Of a stretch of 64,000 bases of DNA, positions 32,043 to 42,279 are shown piece by piece. The position numbers and the translations under genes are program-made. Location of the stretch: positions 1-64,000 of the forward strand of contig CAWJSK010000012.1 of NCBI GenBank assembly GCA_963845535.1. The letters run 5' to 3'. Source of the DNA: an uncultured Spirochaetota bacterium. GTDB taxonomy: Bacteria > Spirochaetota > Spirochaetia > SZUA-6 > Fen-1364. Under the pieces are notes generated by a model. The model searched no databases, was not told the origin of the DNA, and saw only the letters and a list, made by a program, of their open reading frames with translations. Each line of letters starts with the position of its first letter. Position 1 is the first letter of the stretch.

Positions 32043-32799
32043 CCGGAAGCTCACGTTCGCTGTGGCCGAGGACGAGGAGCGGATGCGGGACTACCTGGCC
32101 CGCAAGACCGCCGAGCTGGACCCGAATCTCGAATGCGCGGGGACCGCGGCGGACGGGGAAGAGGCCGTGGAGCTGGTGGAGCGGGTCCTGCCTGACTTGT
32201 TGATCACCGATATCAAGATGCCTCTCCTCGGTGGCCTGGAGCTTGTAAAGCGGATCCGAACGACCAACCCCGACCTTCGGATCCTGATCATCTCCGGGTA
32301 CAGCGAGTTCGAGTATGCCCGGCAGGCAATCGAGCTCGGAGTGGACGACTACATCGTCAAGCCCATTGACGTCCATGCGCTGCAAGAGACTCTCCGCAGG
32401 ATCCGCATCCGGCTGGAAGCCTCGGCGGGGTTGATAGAAGCGCAGTTCGGGCTTGACCGGATCGGGTCCCCGGAGGAGGACCTGGCAGACGCCGTGCAGC
32501 TGTACCTTACGGAGAACTTCCACCAGCCATACTCGCTCGAGCGTCTTGCCGCCGCTTTCGGCCGCAAGGCCGCCTATCTCCTGCGGCTGTATCGCAGGGT
32601 CAAGGGAAGCACTCCCACGCAGGATCTGATCCGCCTCCGCATCGAGAAGGCCAAGCGCCTGCTTTCGGGTCATCCGCACATGGAGGTCAAGCAGGTCGCC
32701 GCGGCAGTGGGCTACGAGGATGCGCTGTATTTCTCCCGCCTTTTCAAGAAGGAAACCGGGCAGAACCCCACGACGTTCAGGGACTCGATGCGCCGATGA
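32035..32799 (+). CDS. Response regulator with AraC HTH
   Basis: AEDE, ITDIKMP, IVKP; VGYEDALYFSRLFKK. Confidence 0.92.
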   Translation: MADRKLTFAVAEDEERMRDYLARKTAELDPNLECAGTAADGEEAVELVERVLPDLLITDIKMPLLGGLELVKRIRTTNPDLRILIISGYSEFEYARQAIELGVDDYIVKPIDVHALQETLRRIRIRLEASAGLIEAQFGLDRIGSPEEDLADAVQLYLTENFHQPYSLERLAAAFGRKAAYLLRLYRRVKGSTPTQDLIRLRIEKAKRLLSGHPHMEVKQVAAAVGYEDALYFSRLFKKETGQNPTTFRDSMRR

Positions 32800-34138
32800 G
32801 AGACGGCGGCCACGCCGGGTCCCGGGCGGCGGCTGCCATGTTGGCCCTCCGCGCATCCACGGCAGAGAGGAAACCGGCTGGACTCAGGGCGCCGGCGAGC
32901 ATCGACTCGAAATCCGCCTCGACTTCCATCCATTGACCCATGATGTACTTGACCCCGCCCTGAAACGGCTCCCCGCCCAGCCGCGCCGAGCCAAGGAACG
33001 CCTGTTCGTTCGGCAGGAGGGGCACCGGCCTGGTGGGGAAGGACAGGCTTGTGCCCTCGGGCTGTCCGCTGGCGTACCGGTAGAGGTTGTCATCCCGGGT
33101 CAAGAACCGGAAGAACTCGAGCACGGCGGGGCGATCCCGGCTCTTCGCGTTTCCGAACCACGTGGGCGCGGAGCGCTCTATGCTGACCGTGCGGTTGTCC
33201 AGCCAGGGAATGGGGAACATCCCCCATGTCTGCGCCCCGGAGTCGGGGTTGGTCTTCAACACGCTTCGGGCGAACCCGATCTTGTTCAGCGTCATGGCCG
33301 CGGAGCCCGAAAGGAGAGCCGTCTTGGACCCCTCTATCGTGTTGGCCATGAAGTCGGCGCCAAAATAGCCGCGGTTGGCGGCCAGAAGAATCTGGTCCAG
33401 CGCCCTGCGGAACGGCTCGTAGTCCGCGAATTTCACCCGGTTCGCGTTGAGCCTTTCGTAGAGGCCGGGGTCCCGTTCCTCGAAGGTGGCGCCCATCTCG
33501 AAGAAAGTGAGGGAGGTATGCCATCTGCTGGCCCCTGGCTCGTAGATGGGGACGATGCCCGCCTGCTTGATCCGCCGGCAGACCGCCATGAACTGCGCGT
33601 ACGTCCGCGGCGCAGAGAGACCCAACCGGCGAAAGATCTTGTCGTTGTAGGTGTAGACCCATCCAAGCGTGTCATCCCACACGATCAGGCCGTAGACATG
33701 GCCCTTGTACGAGACGGCGGGAAGCCACTCCGGCTTCAGGCGTTTCGTCCATTCCTCCGACGTCAGATCAATGCATGTCTTTTCCGGGTCGATCTCGGTG
33801 CCAAGGTACCACCGCGTGGACTGCATAAGGAAGATGTCTGCCGCCTCGCCGGAGGCAAGCATTGTCTGGAGCGCCCGGAAGTACACGTGCGGCGCATAGA
33901 TCGTGAAGGAAACCTTGATCCCGGTTTCCTTCTCGAACAGCTTGGCGTTTTCGGCCATCACGTCGTAGATCCAGCCGTCTGATGCCATGACCTGGATCTT
34001 GCGAGGGACACCGGCTCCGGGGGAGGAGCTCTTCCACGCCCCGCAAGCAGCCAGGCAGGCGGAGAGGGCAATCGCAAGGACCAGCGGCGCCATGATGTTC
34101 CGCGTCCTGACCCGCGTACAGCGCGTTGTCTTTTCCAT
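32777..34138 (-). CDS. Orphan CUT1-type substrate-binding lipoprotein
   Basis: Lipobox-like LAAC, YNDKIFRRLGL..PRTY; no cognate CUT1 permease adjacent. Confidence 0.85.
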   Translation of the reverse strand: MEKTTRCTRVRTRNIMAPLVLAIALSACLAACGAWKSSSPGAGVPRKIQVMASDGWIYDVMAENAKLFEKETGIKVSFTIYAPHVYFRALQTMLASGEAADIFLMQSTRWYLGTEIDPEKTCIDLTSEEWTKRLKPEWLPAVSYKGHVYGLIVWDDTLGWVYTYNDKIFRRLGLSAPRTYAQFMAVCRRIKQAGIVPIYEPGASRWHTSLTFFEMGATFEERDPGLYERLNANRVKFADYEPFRRALDQILLAANRGYFGADFMANTIEGSKTALLSGSAAMTLNKIGFARSVLKTNPDSGAQTWGMFPIPWLDNRTVSIERSAPTWFGNAKSRDRPAVLEFFRFLTRDDNLYRYASGQPEGTSLSFPTRPVPLLPNEQAFLGSARLGGEPFQGGVKYIMGQWMEVEADFESMLAGALSPAGFLSAVDARRANMAAAARDPAWPPSLIGASSP

Positions 34139-34156
34139 CCCTCGGCCGACCTCCGC

Positions 34157-35149
34157 CTACGGCCCTTCCCCGACAGGGAAAAGAAGCTTCTGGTTTTCCG
34201 GCTGGAACATGTTGGATTTGGAGATGTCGACGGATCCCGTATTGATGAACCGTGGAAGCTTCTTCCCCCGAATGAGATCCCAAGCCGCCCTGATCCCAAG
34301 GTAGCCCATATTGAACGGCTTCTGCACGACCGTGTCCTTGATGACCCCTCTCTCCACGTACTTGAGGACCAGGAAAGAGTTGTCGAACCCGATGAGGGCA
34401 ACCGTCCCCTGCTTCCCGGATTCGGCCAGGGCGCGCGCAGCTCCCCGGGCAGTTGGATCGTTCAGCGCGACTATCCCTCGAAGACTGGGCGTGGTTGAGA
34501 TCAACAGCGCTGCCTGGGAATACGCCAGGTCTGCATCCGCGTTGCTGTACAGCGTGTCCAGGAGCTTCACCTTTGCGGCAAGAGAGGCGCGCACGCCCAT
34601 CTCCCTGTCTATCGCGGTGGAGCTTCCCTTGACGTAACTCATGACGGCCACCGTGTCTCCCGCGTGCACGTAGCGCATGAGGGCCGACGCGCATTTCTGG
34701 CCGCCCTCGTAGCTGTCCGTTCCGATCCGCACGTCAGCGTCATCCGAGTTGACGAAGGAGTCGATGCAGACCAGGGGGATTCCTTTGCGCTTGATCTCCC
34801 TGGCCAGCGGGACAAGCAGATTGTAGTCCGCGGCGGCCAGCACGATGGCGTCCGGCTTTTCCCGCAGCGCCCCTCGCACGATATCGATCTGGCCCTGGAT
34901 GTCGCTTTCCAGCGCCGGCCCGCGGATGGAAACGTCGATGCCGAGGTCCTTGCCGGCGGACAGCACCCCGTCGCGCACGTTGCCCCAGAACGGAGTGGAG
35001 CGGTAGTCCACGGTCTTGAAGATGACGGTCACCCGGCGGGGAGCTTCCGGCACGGGACTGAGCAGCATGTTCCCGCGGTAGAGGAGCGTGAGGAGGACCG
35101 CGGCAAGGACCGCGGCGGCAAGGAGAAAGAGGACGGAGCGGTTTCTCAT
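34157..35149 (-). CDS. Membrane-anchored RbsB-like sugar-binding protein (probable co-sensor)
   Basis: FWGNVRDG, IGTDSYEGG, IGFD, VVQKPFNMGY; coupled to the kinase gene by an ATGA overlap. Confidence 0.88.
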   Translation of the reverse strand: MRNRSVLFLLAAAVLAAVLLTLLYRGNMLLSPVPEAPRRVTVIFKTVDYRSTPFWGNVRDGVLSAGKDLGIDVSIRGPALESDIQGQIDIVRGALREKPDAIVLAAADYNLLVPLAREIKRKGIPLVCIDSFVNSDDADVRIGTDSYEGGQKCASALMRYVHAGDTVAVMSYVKGSSTAIDREMGVRASLAAKVKLLDTLYSNADADLAYSQAALLISTTPSLRGIVALNDPTARGAARALAESGKQGTVALIGFDNSFLVLKYVERGVIKDTVVQKPFNMGYLGIRAAWDLIRGKKLPRFINTGSVDISKSNMFQPENQKLLFPVGEGP

Positions 35150-36897
35150 GCCACCTCCCCCGGGATCAAGGGGATCCTGATGGTGGCCACCGTTCCCGCT
35201 CCCGGCGCGCTTTCGAAGCTCACGCCGTATTCCAGGCCGAAGTACACGTGGATTCGCTCCTGGACGTTGCGCACGCCGACGCCGTTGGCCTGGTTCGGCT
35301 CGATCAAACCGTCCCGCAGCGCTTCCAGCTGCTCCCGTCCCATTCCCACCCCGTTGTCGCTGATGCGGATCACGATTGCCTCCGCCTCGCGCAGACCCGT
35401 GATCCGTATCAACCCCGGGCCTTCCATGTTCTTGATCCCGTGGTAGATCGCGTTCTCCACGAGCGGCTGGATGAGCAGCTTGAGGATCTGAAGGCTTGCC
35501 AGCTCCGGGGCGAACGCGATCTCGTAGGAGAGCTTGTCCTTGTAGCGTTGCTTCTGGATCTCCAGGTACGTCTGGACGTATTCGACCTCCGTCCTGACGC
35601 TGATCGTCTCACTTCCCCTGCTGATGCCGATCCGGAAGAACTTCGCGAGGGAGGAGGTCATGTCGATGGCTCGGTCATTCTCCCCCAGCTCGATCATCCA
35701 GATGATCGAGTCCAGGGTATTGTAGAGGAAATGCGGATTGATCTGCGCCTGAAGGGAACGGAGCTCGAGCTTCCGCTTCAGCTCCAGCTCCCTCCTGTTC
35801 TGCTCGATGAGGTCCCTGACCTTTTTCACGGCGATGTCGCAGTCCCTGGCGAGCTGGTACACCTCGTTGCGCGCGTTGACGGTGATGTCGATGTCGAAGT
35901 TCCCGCTTTCCACAGCCTGCATGGAACGCCGCAAAGACTCGATGGGCTTGGAAATGTTGGAGGAGATCAGGAATGCCACTCCAATTGCGCTCACGAAGAC
36001 CAGGAGGGAGAGCAGGATGAAATAGTATTCGGCGGCGCGGCTCGCGGCGAACAGCTCGTCGAGGTAGGAGACGGCGACGACTTCCCACCCGGTCTCGCGG
36101 GAGCTTACGGCCGTGTAGAGAATGGCCCTCCCATCCACCACGGCGCTCATGTTGCCGCCGTTCAGGGAGAGGATTTCCGGGATCCGCTCCGACTTCAGAT
36201 TTCCGTAGATGAGCTGCTGCCGCGGGTGGTATACGATCTCCCCGCCCCGGCTGAGAATGAACACGTACCCCGACTTCCCGAGCTGAATGTCCCGGCACAG
36301 ACGGGCAATGATTTCGTAGTTCAGGTCCACCTGGATAAGGCCCATGCTCTTTCCGGAGGGCCCGCCCGGCACGGCGCGCACCAGGGAGATGACCCAGGGA
36401 TAGCGGGACTCGACCAGGTTCTCCACGTGAGCGGAGGACACCGAGGGGCGGTCCGGGACGAGGCCGGCCTCCAGCTCCAGGAACCTTTTCCTGAGGTCGA
36501 CTGTCGGGTTGAGCCCGCCGCCCTCGGTTGCGGCGATGGCCCTCCCGTCACCGGTGATCACGAAGACGGAGTCGATGTCGCGCCGGACAGACCGGATGGC
36601 CTCGAATGACTTTTCGATGGCGGCCCGCAGGCGTGGAGTGTCCGCGCCTGGATTTCCAATGAACTGCCGCACGTCCTCCTTGTTGACCGCCATCAGGGCG
36701 ATGTCATCCATGTAGCTGATGTAGTTCTCGATGATCCTGTTGAGCTGGCTGACGAGCTGCATGGTCGTTTCTTCCGCGTTCTGGATCAGGATCTTGTGCA
36801 GGTAGTAGTACGAGAGGGACCCCAGAAGGAGCAGGGCGAAGACGATCAGGGCCGCGAAGCCCTGGATCAGGGTGTCCTGGATGCGCCTGATCTTCAT
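35146..36897 (-). CDS. YesM/LytS-type sensor histidine kinase
   Basis: LQAQINPHFLYNTLD, QPLVENAIYHG, DNGVG. Confidence 0.93.
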   Translation of the reverse strand: MKIRRIQDTLIQGFAALIVFALLLLGSLSYYYLHKILIQNAEETTMQLVSQLNRIIENYISYMDDIALMAVNKEDVRQFIGNPGADTPRLRAAIEKSFEAIRSVRRDIDSVFVITGDGRAIAATEGGGLNPTVDLRKRFLELEAGLVPDRPSVSSAHVENLVESRYPWVISLVRAVPGGPSGKSMGLIQVDLNYEIIARLCRDIQLGKSGYVFILSRGGEIVYHPRQQLIYGNLKSERIPEILSLNGGNMSAVVDGRAILYTAVSSRETGWEVVAVSYLDELFAASRAAEYYFILLSLLVFVSAIGVAFLISSNISKPIESLRRSMQAVESGNFDIDITVNARNEVYQLARDCDIAVKKVRDLIEQNRRELELKRKLELRSLQAQINPHFLYNTLDSIIWMIELGENDRAIDMTSSLAKFFRIGISRGSETISVRTEVEYVQTYLEIQKQRYKDKLSYEIAFAPELASLQILKLLIQPLVENAIYHGIKNMEGPGLIRITGLREAEAIVIRISDNGVGMGREQLEALRDGLIEPNQANGVGVRNVQERIHVYFGLEYGVSFESAPGAGTVATIRIPLIPGEVA

Positions 36898-38489
36898 GGG
36901 CGCGCGGTCTTCCTCCGCAGCTCGGCGCGAAACTCGGTTGGGGTGACTCCGATGTGCCTCCTGAACGTCGAGCTGAAATACCGGGCGTCCGGGTAGCCGG
37001 TGGCCTCCGCAATCTCGTAGGTCATGAGATCCGACGTTGCCAGAAGCTCCTTGGCGCGCTCCATTCGGTAGTCGATAAGGTAGTCTACCACGCCGCGGTC
37101 AAGGTAGCGCTTGACGAGCTTGGAAAGGTAGCTCGCGCTGATGGAGAGGCTGACGGCGACCTTCTGCACGGAAAGGTTCTGCTCCCCGTAATGGCGCGCC
37201 ACGTATTCCTTGAAATCACGGACCTTCCATTCCGGGGTGGGCAGGTTGCGGCTTTCCAGGACCGACCCGGCATATTCGGCGAGCTTCAAGAGGTGCGTCC
37301 GCACCTCCTCCGCGGTCCGCAGCCGCTGCACGGCAAGCTCGTAGTCTACTTTCAAGTCACGGGAGATAGTGGCGGTGGAGACCCCCAGCTCGCGCATGGC
37401 GTCAAGGACGGCTTCAAAGAGCGTCCCGATCTCGTGCCGGACGCGCTGGGGGGAGAGCTTCGTTTCCTGCAGGAGCGCCAGGAGTGCGGTAGTCCTGACT
37501 TCCGTCTCCGCTGCCTCACCCGAGACCGTGGCCCTGCGCAGGCGTTCGCTTCGGGCCTTCAGCTCCGCGATGATGGAGGGGTCATCTTCCGCGGCTTGCG
37601 CATAACGGAATGCTTTCCCCGGTCCGTTGACGAGCCGGTAGGACAGGGCCGCGGCGGCTTCGGCGTATGTCCGAGAGGCCCCGGTCCACGCCTCGCAAGG
37701 CCTGCCGATGCCCACGATCAGGGAAACGCTGTTCGCGGCCGCGATCCTCCCGCCCAATGCAACGGACAGCCTTTCGCAGGAGGATGGATCCTGATCGAAT
37801 ACGAGCAGGGCTTCGCGGTCATCGCCGTGAGAAAAAGGAATGACGTGATGAACCGATTCCGCGGCGCCCGCGACGATTGTTGCAAAACTGGCGTCAGCGT
37901 CCGGCACCGCGCCGGATCCGGCCGCCGTTTCCGCGATCACCGCGGCGCAGGTCAGCCCTGCCGGCGGAAAGCCGAAAAGTTCCCGAAAGGCGGTGTCCGT
38001 GAGAGCATTCGGAGCGCCCGAAACGAGGTCCACGAGGGCGCGCGTCTTCAGGAGGCTGGAGGCAATGGTGGCCTGCTCCCTCAGGGCGTTCGCCTCCTGG
38101 CGCGAATTGAGCTCGGCATCCAGTCGAGCCCTGATTCTCATCAAGAGGCCGGTCAGGTCCCTCGAGGTGACCGGCTTCAGCACGTATTCGAAAACCTTGC
38201 TCCTGATGGCCTTCTGAGCGTACTCGAACTCGTCATAGCCGGAAAGGATTACGACGATGATCTGCGGGTGATGCCGCGCCGCATGCTCCGCGACGGCAAG
38301 ACCGTCCACGCGCGGCATATAGATGTCCGTCATGACCACGTCCGGATGGAGCGTCTCTACGGACTCGATTGCCTGTTCGCCGTTTTCGCACGGCTCCAGG
38401 AACTCGAACCCCAGGCTGCCCCAGTCGATCTTGCGGCGGAACCCGCGCCGGACTATTTCCTCATCGTCAACCATCAGGAACTTGTACAT
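36894..38489 (-). CDS. YesN-type response regulator
   Basis: MVDDE, MTDIYMP, VLKP; GYPDARYFSSTFRR. Confidence 0.93.
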   Translation of the reverse strand: MYKFLMVDDEEIVRRGFRRKIDWGSLGFEFLEPCENGEQAIESVETLHPDVVMTDIYMPRVDGLAVAEHAARHHPQIIVVILSGYDEFEYAQKAIRSKVFEYVLKPVTSRDLTGLLMRIRARLDAELNSRQEANALREQATIASSLLKTRALVDLVSGAPNALTDTAFRELFGFPPAGLTCAAVIAETAAGSGAVPDADASFATIVAGAAESVHHVIPFSHGDDREALLVFDQDPSSCERLSVALGGRIAAANSVSLIVGIGRPCEAWTGASRTYAEAAAALSYRLVNGPGKAFRYAQAAEDDPSIIAELKARSERLRRATVSGEAAETEVRTTALLALLQETKLSPQRVRHEIGTLFEAVLDAMRELGVSTATISRDLKVDYELAVQRLRTAEEVRTHLLKLAEYAGSVLESRNLPTPEWKVRDFKEYVARHYGEQNLSVQKVAVSLSISASYLSKLVKRYLDRGVVDYLIDYRMERAKELLATSDLMTYEIAEATGYPDARYFSSTFRRHIGVTPTEFRAELRRKTARP

Positions 38490-38615
38490 CGGGGTCGTGC
38501 TCCAGGCGCCGCTCTTCCGCCAAACGAATGATAAACCCGGTGAGGCCGACGTGCCTATCCGCAAAAGCGGCCGCCCGCGCTCGTGCACGGGCAGCCTCAC
38601 GGCGATCAGGGCAGC

Positions 38616-39575
38616 TTAGTAGAGGACGTTCTTTGCCGCCGGGGTGTCGATGTTGTCCTTGGTCACGATGATGAATCCGGTGTCGACCTTGGCCGGGACC
38701 TTCTTCTTGCCTATTGACGCGTCATAGGCGGTCTTGACGCCCTGGTAGCCCATGTTGTACGAGCTTTGCACCGCGATGGCCTGCAGCGTGCCGTCCTTGA
38801 TGAAGTTCTGCTCCTGCGCGGCGCCGTCGAAGCCGATAGCCACGATCTTACCGGCCAGCCCCGCCTGGGCGATTGCACGCCCCATTCCGATCGCTGTCGG
38901 CTCGTTGGCGCCGAAGATCCCCACAAGGTCGGGATTTGCGGAAAGCACGTTGGTAGTCTGATTGAGCGCCGTGGGCATGTCCGCGTTGGAGTATTGGGTG
39001 GTGACGATCTCCAGGTGCGAATTCTTGGCGATGTAATCCTTGAAGCCGCCGACGCGCCCGATCTCTGAGCCGACGCCCGCGACGTAGGACATGACCGCGA
39101 TCTTTCCGGTGTCGCTGCCGGTTGCTGCCTTCACGCGGTCAATCAACTCCTTCGCGCATGCCCTTCCCGCCGCGTCGTTATCCGTGGCCAGGAAGGACAC
39201 GTAGTTGGACGTAGGCCCTGCAAGAAGCGAGTCGATGATGACGACCGGTATTCCGGCTTGCTTCGCCTTTTTGACCGCGGGGACAAGCGCGGTGACGTCT
39301 GACGGTGCCAGGACTATGGCCTTCACGCCGCGGTCAATGGCGCTTTCCACGATATTGATCTCCTCCGCGACGTTGCTCTCTGACTGGGGTCCCAGGAACG
39401 TGACGGACAGCTTCGGGGTCTTTGCCTTGAGCTCTTTCTGAGCGTCAAAGCACCCAGTCTGGACATTCTGCCAGTAGCTGGAGTTGCCTGTCTTTACGAT
39501 GACCGCGATCTCCTGTGCGGAGACGAACCCGGCTACGAAGGCAAGCGCCACGAGAACGAAGAGCAGTTTCCGCAT
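38616..39575 (-). CDS. Monosaccharide ABC transporter substrate-binding protein (CUT2)
   Basis: Signal peptide, SSYWQNV, ATDNDAAG, IGFD, VQSSYNMGY; AAGGAGG RBS. Confidence 0.93.
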   Translation of the reverse strand: MRKLLFVLVALAFVAGFVSAQEIAVIVKTGNSSYWQNVQTGCFDAQKELKAKTPKLSVTFLGPQSESNVAEEINIVESAIDRGVKAIVLAPSDVTALVPAVKKAKQAGIPVVIIDSLLAGPTSNYVSFLATDNDAAGRACAKELIDRVKAATGSDTGKIAVMSYVAGVGSEIGRVGGFKDYIAKNSHLEIVTTQYSNADMPTALNQTTNVLSANPDLVGIFGANEPTAIGMGRAIAQAGLAGKIVAIGFDGAAQEQNFIKDGTLQAIAVQSSYNMGYQGVKTAYDASIGKKKVPAKVDTGFIIVTKDNIDTPAAKNVLY

Positions 39576-39664
39576 ATCAACCCTCCTTGAATATCTGCGC
39601 GGTCCATACGGACCGCGTTTTTCCATGGTCAAGAGTCCCTTGCGCGGGACCGGGCTCCTCCTTT

Positions 39665-40657
39665 CTACTTCCTCCGGAACTGGTCGAAGTAGACGGCGAA
39701 AATGACGACGAGACCGATGATGATCTGCTGCATGAAGTAGTTGGCTCCCTGCATGGTGAGGCCCACGGTGAGGATCCCGATGATGAACGATCCTATGACC
39801 GCACCTCCCACGGTGCCCACGCCTCCCATGAGGCTCGTACCCCCGATGACGGAAGAGGCAATCGCGTTCAGCTCATAGCCGATGGCGCTGTTGGGCTGGG
39901 AGGTGACCATCCGGGAGGCGAGAATGGTTCCGACTACACCGGCACACAAAGCGCAAGTGACGTAGGCGAGGATTTTCACCCGGTCGACCTTGATCCCCGA
40001 AAGGCGGGCCGCTTCCTCGTTCGAACCGACGGCGTAGGTGTACCGTCCGACACGCGTCTTCTTGAGGATGAAGTGGCAGATCGCGGCGACGACGACCATG
40101 ATGATCACGGGGTAGGAAATGCCGGGAAACTGGTTGCCGGTTCTGAAAATGGTGTCATTCCCGAGCGCGCCGAACGCGTCCGGGGCAGGCCACGCGTTGG
40201 CGTTCGTGATCGTAAGGGCAACGCCGCGGATGACAAACGTCATGCCGAGCGTTGCGATGAACGGTGGGAGCTTCAGCTTGGTTATCATCAGGCCGTTGGC
40301 AAGGCCGCAGACGCCCCCGGCGGCCACGCCGATGAGCCAACTGATCCAGATGGGCACCCCGGCAATGGCCGCCATGACCGCAACGGTGCCGGTGAGCGCT
40401 ACAACGGATCCGATGGAAAGGTCGATGCCGGCGGTGATGATCGTAAACGTGACGCCGATGCCCATGAGGGTGGTGGTGCTGGTCTGCAGAAGCAGGCTCA
40501 GGACGCTTCGCATAGTGAAAAAGTTCTTCGCCGTGACGGAGAAGACGACAAAGAGGACGACCACAGCGCCGAAGGTCAGGAACCTGTCCAGCGCGACGCC
40601 GGACTTCCCTTTTGCCGTAATGGTTTCGAGGCCGCGTTGGATCTGCGGATTGCTCAT
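39665..40657 (-). CDS. Monosaccharide ABC transporter permease (RbsC-like)
   Basis: GIDLSIGS, PFIATLG, GSNEEAARLSGI, YELNAIASSVIGG. Confidence 0.94.
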   Translation of the reverse strand: MSNPQIQRGLETITAKGKSGVALDRFLTFGAVVVLFVVFSVTAKNFFTMRSVLSLLLQTSTTTLMGIGVTFTIITAGIDLSIGSVVALTGTVAVMAAIAGVPIWISWLIGVAAGGVCGLANGLMITKLKLPPFIATLGMTFVIRGVALTITNANAWPAPDAFGALGNDTIFRTGNQFPGISYPVIIMVVVAAICHFILKKTRVGRYTYAVGSNEEAARLSGIKVDRVKILAYVTCALCAGVVGTILASRMVTSQPNSAIGYELNAIASSVIGGTSLMGGVGTVGGAVIGSFIIGILTVGLTMQGANYFMQQIIIGLVVIFAVYFDQFRRK

Positions 40658-42171
40658 GATTGAGCTCTCGCTTTCTCACCGAGCCCTGCCGCGTAGTTCA
40701 AGATTTCCTCCTGCGTGGTTTCCTTTGTGACGAGCGTGGCTTCCAGCCTGCCTTCGTGCAGCACCAGCACGCGGTCCGTCATGCCCATGATCTCGGGAAG
40801 CTCGGAGGAAATCATGATGACCCCCACGCCCTCCCGTGCCATGCGCTCAATCAGCTCGTAGATGGAATACTTTGTGCCCACGTCGATCCCGCGGGTGGGC
40901 TCGTCGAAGATCAGGATCTTTGAATGGCAGAACAGCCACTTTGCCAGGACCACCTTCTGCTGGTTTCCCCCCGAGAGGTTGTTGACCACCTGGGTGAGGC
41001 TGGGCGTGCGGATTGTAAGCTCATCCACGTACTGCTGGCAGGCCTTCATCTCTTTGGACCGGGAAATGACGCCCAGGCGGGGGGAAACGGCGCTCATGTT
41101 GGCCATGGTGACGTTCTCAGCAAGCTGCATCTTCACCGCAAGGCCTTCCTGTTTGCGGTTCTCCGAGAGGTAGGCAATCCCAGCCTTGATGGATTCCGAC
41201 GGAGAACGGATGGAGAGCTTCCTGCCGTTCATGAGAATCTCTCCGCCATCCACAGGGTCCGCGCCGAAAATGGCGCGCGCCAGCTCGGACCTGCCCGCGC
41301 CCATCAAACCCGCGAAACCCAGGATCTCCCCGCGGTACAGGTCAAAGGAGATGTCGTGAAGAACCCCCGTCCGCCTGATGCCGCTGACCTCCAGGATTTT
41401 TTCCGTCGTGGGGACATTGTGACGGGAAGGGAAAATGTTCTCGAGCTTTCGCCCCACCATGCGGCTCACGATCTCATCCATTGAGATGGCCGTGTATTCG
41501 TCCGTGCTCACCGAACGGCCGTCACGGAAGATCGAAATGCGGTCCACGATATGCTTGAGCTCTTCCAGGCGATGCGAAATGTAGATGATGGCCACGCCGC
41601 GGTCACGCAGCGTGTGGATGACGGAAAAAAGCTCGTCGATCTCTGACTCGGTCAGTGCGCTGGTGGGCTCATCCATGATGAGCACCTCTGAGTCGAAGGA
41701 AAGGGACTTGGCAATCTCCACCATCTGCTGTTTGGAAATAGGGAGCCGGTTCAACGTGATGGCGGGGTCGAGGCGGAGGTTAAGCCGCTCCAGAATGGCA
41801 ACGGCGTCCCTGTTCATCTTTTTCTCATCCAGCGTCCCGAACCGGGTCAGGGGCTCCCGCCCGATGAAGATGTTGGCAGCCACGGAAAGGTGGGGGATGA
41901 GGTTCAGCTCCTGGTAGATGATCCCAATACCGGCGTCCCGCGCCTGCGTGGAATCATGGAACCGTACCTCGCGCCCCTTGTAGCGGATGGCCCCGGCATC
42001 AGGCTGGTGGACCCCGGAGAGGATTTTCATCAGTGTCGACTTTCCGGCACCGTTCTCTCCCACCAGGGCGTGGACCTCGCCCTTTCGGAGGTTGAACGAG
42101 ACCTGATCAAGCGCCTTCACGCCGGGGAAGCTCTTGGAAACTCCCTCGACCTCGAGGATCACGTCTTGCAT
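40654..42171 (-). CDS. Monosaccharide ABC transporter ATP-binding protein (RbsA-like)
   Basis: GENGAGKST, DEPTS, LSGGNQQK, DEPTRGID. Confidence 0.95.
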   Translation of the reverse strand: MQDVILEVEGVSKSFPGVKALDQVSFNLRKGEVHALVGENGAGKSTLMKILSGVHQPDAGAIRYKGREVRFHDSTQARDAGIGIIYQELNLIPHLSVAANIFIGREPLTRFGTLDEKKMNRDAVAILERLNLRLDPAITLNRLPISKQQMVEIAKSLSFDSEVLIMDEPTSALTESEIDELFSVIHTLRDRGVAIIYISHRLEELKHIVDRISIFRDGRSVSTDEYTAISMDEIVSRMVGRKLENIFPSRHNVPTTEKILEVSGIRRTGVLHDISFDLYRGEILGFAGLMGAGRSELARAIFGADPVDGGEILMNGRKLSIRSPSESIKAGIAYLSENRKQEGLAVKMQLAENVTMANMSAVSPRLGVISRSKEMKACQQYVDELTIRTPSLTQVVNNLSGGNQQKVVLAKWLFCHSKILIFDEPTRGIDVGTKYSIYELIERMAREGVGVIMISSELPEIMGMTDRVLVLHEGRLEATLVTKETTQEEILNYAAGLGEKARAQS

Positions 42172-42279
42172 GCGCAGGAGCCTTCTTTCCGCCCATGAAG
42201 GCATGGAACGCGGGCAAACACAATCGAGAAGACGGCACAAAATGTTGGATTTCCGGCACTGCTCAGGTGCCGGGTCGCA

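Noticed and set aside
36954..38531. Long antisense ORFs here and at 24180-25793, 35248-36609, 43950-45323, 56417-58279 and 61803-63236
   Set aside because: They lie opposite well-supported genes, lack motifs, and are expected in high-GC DNA.
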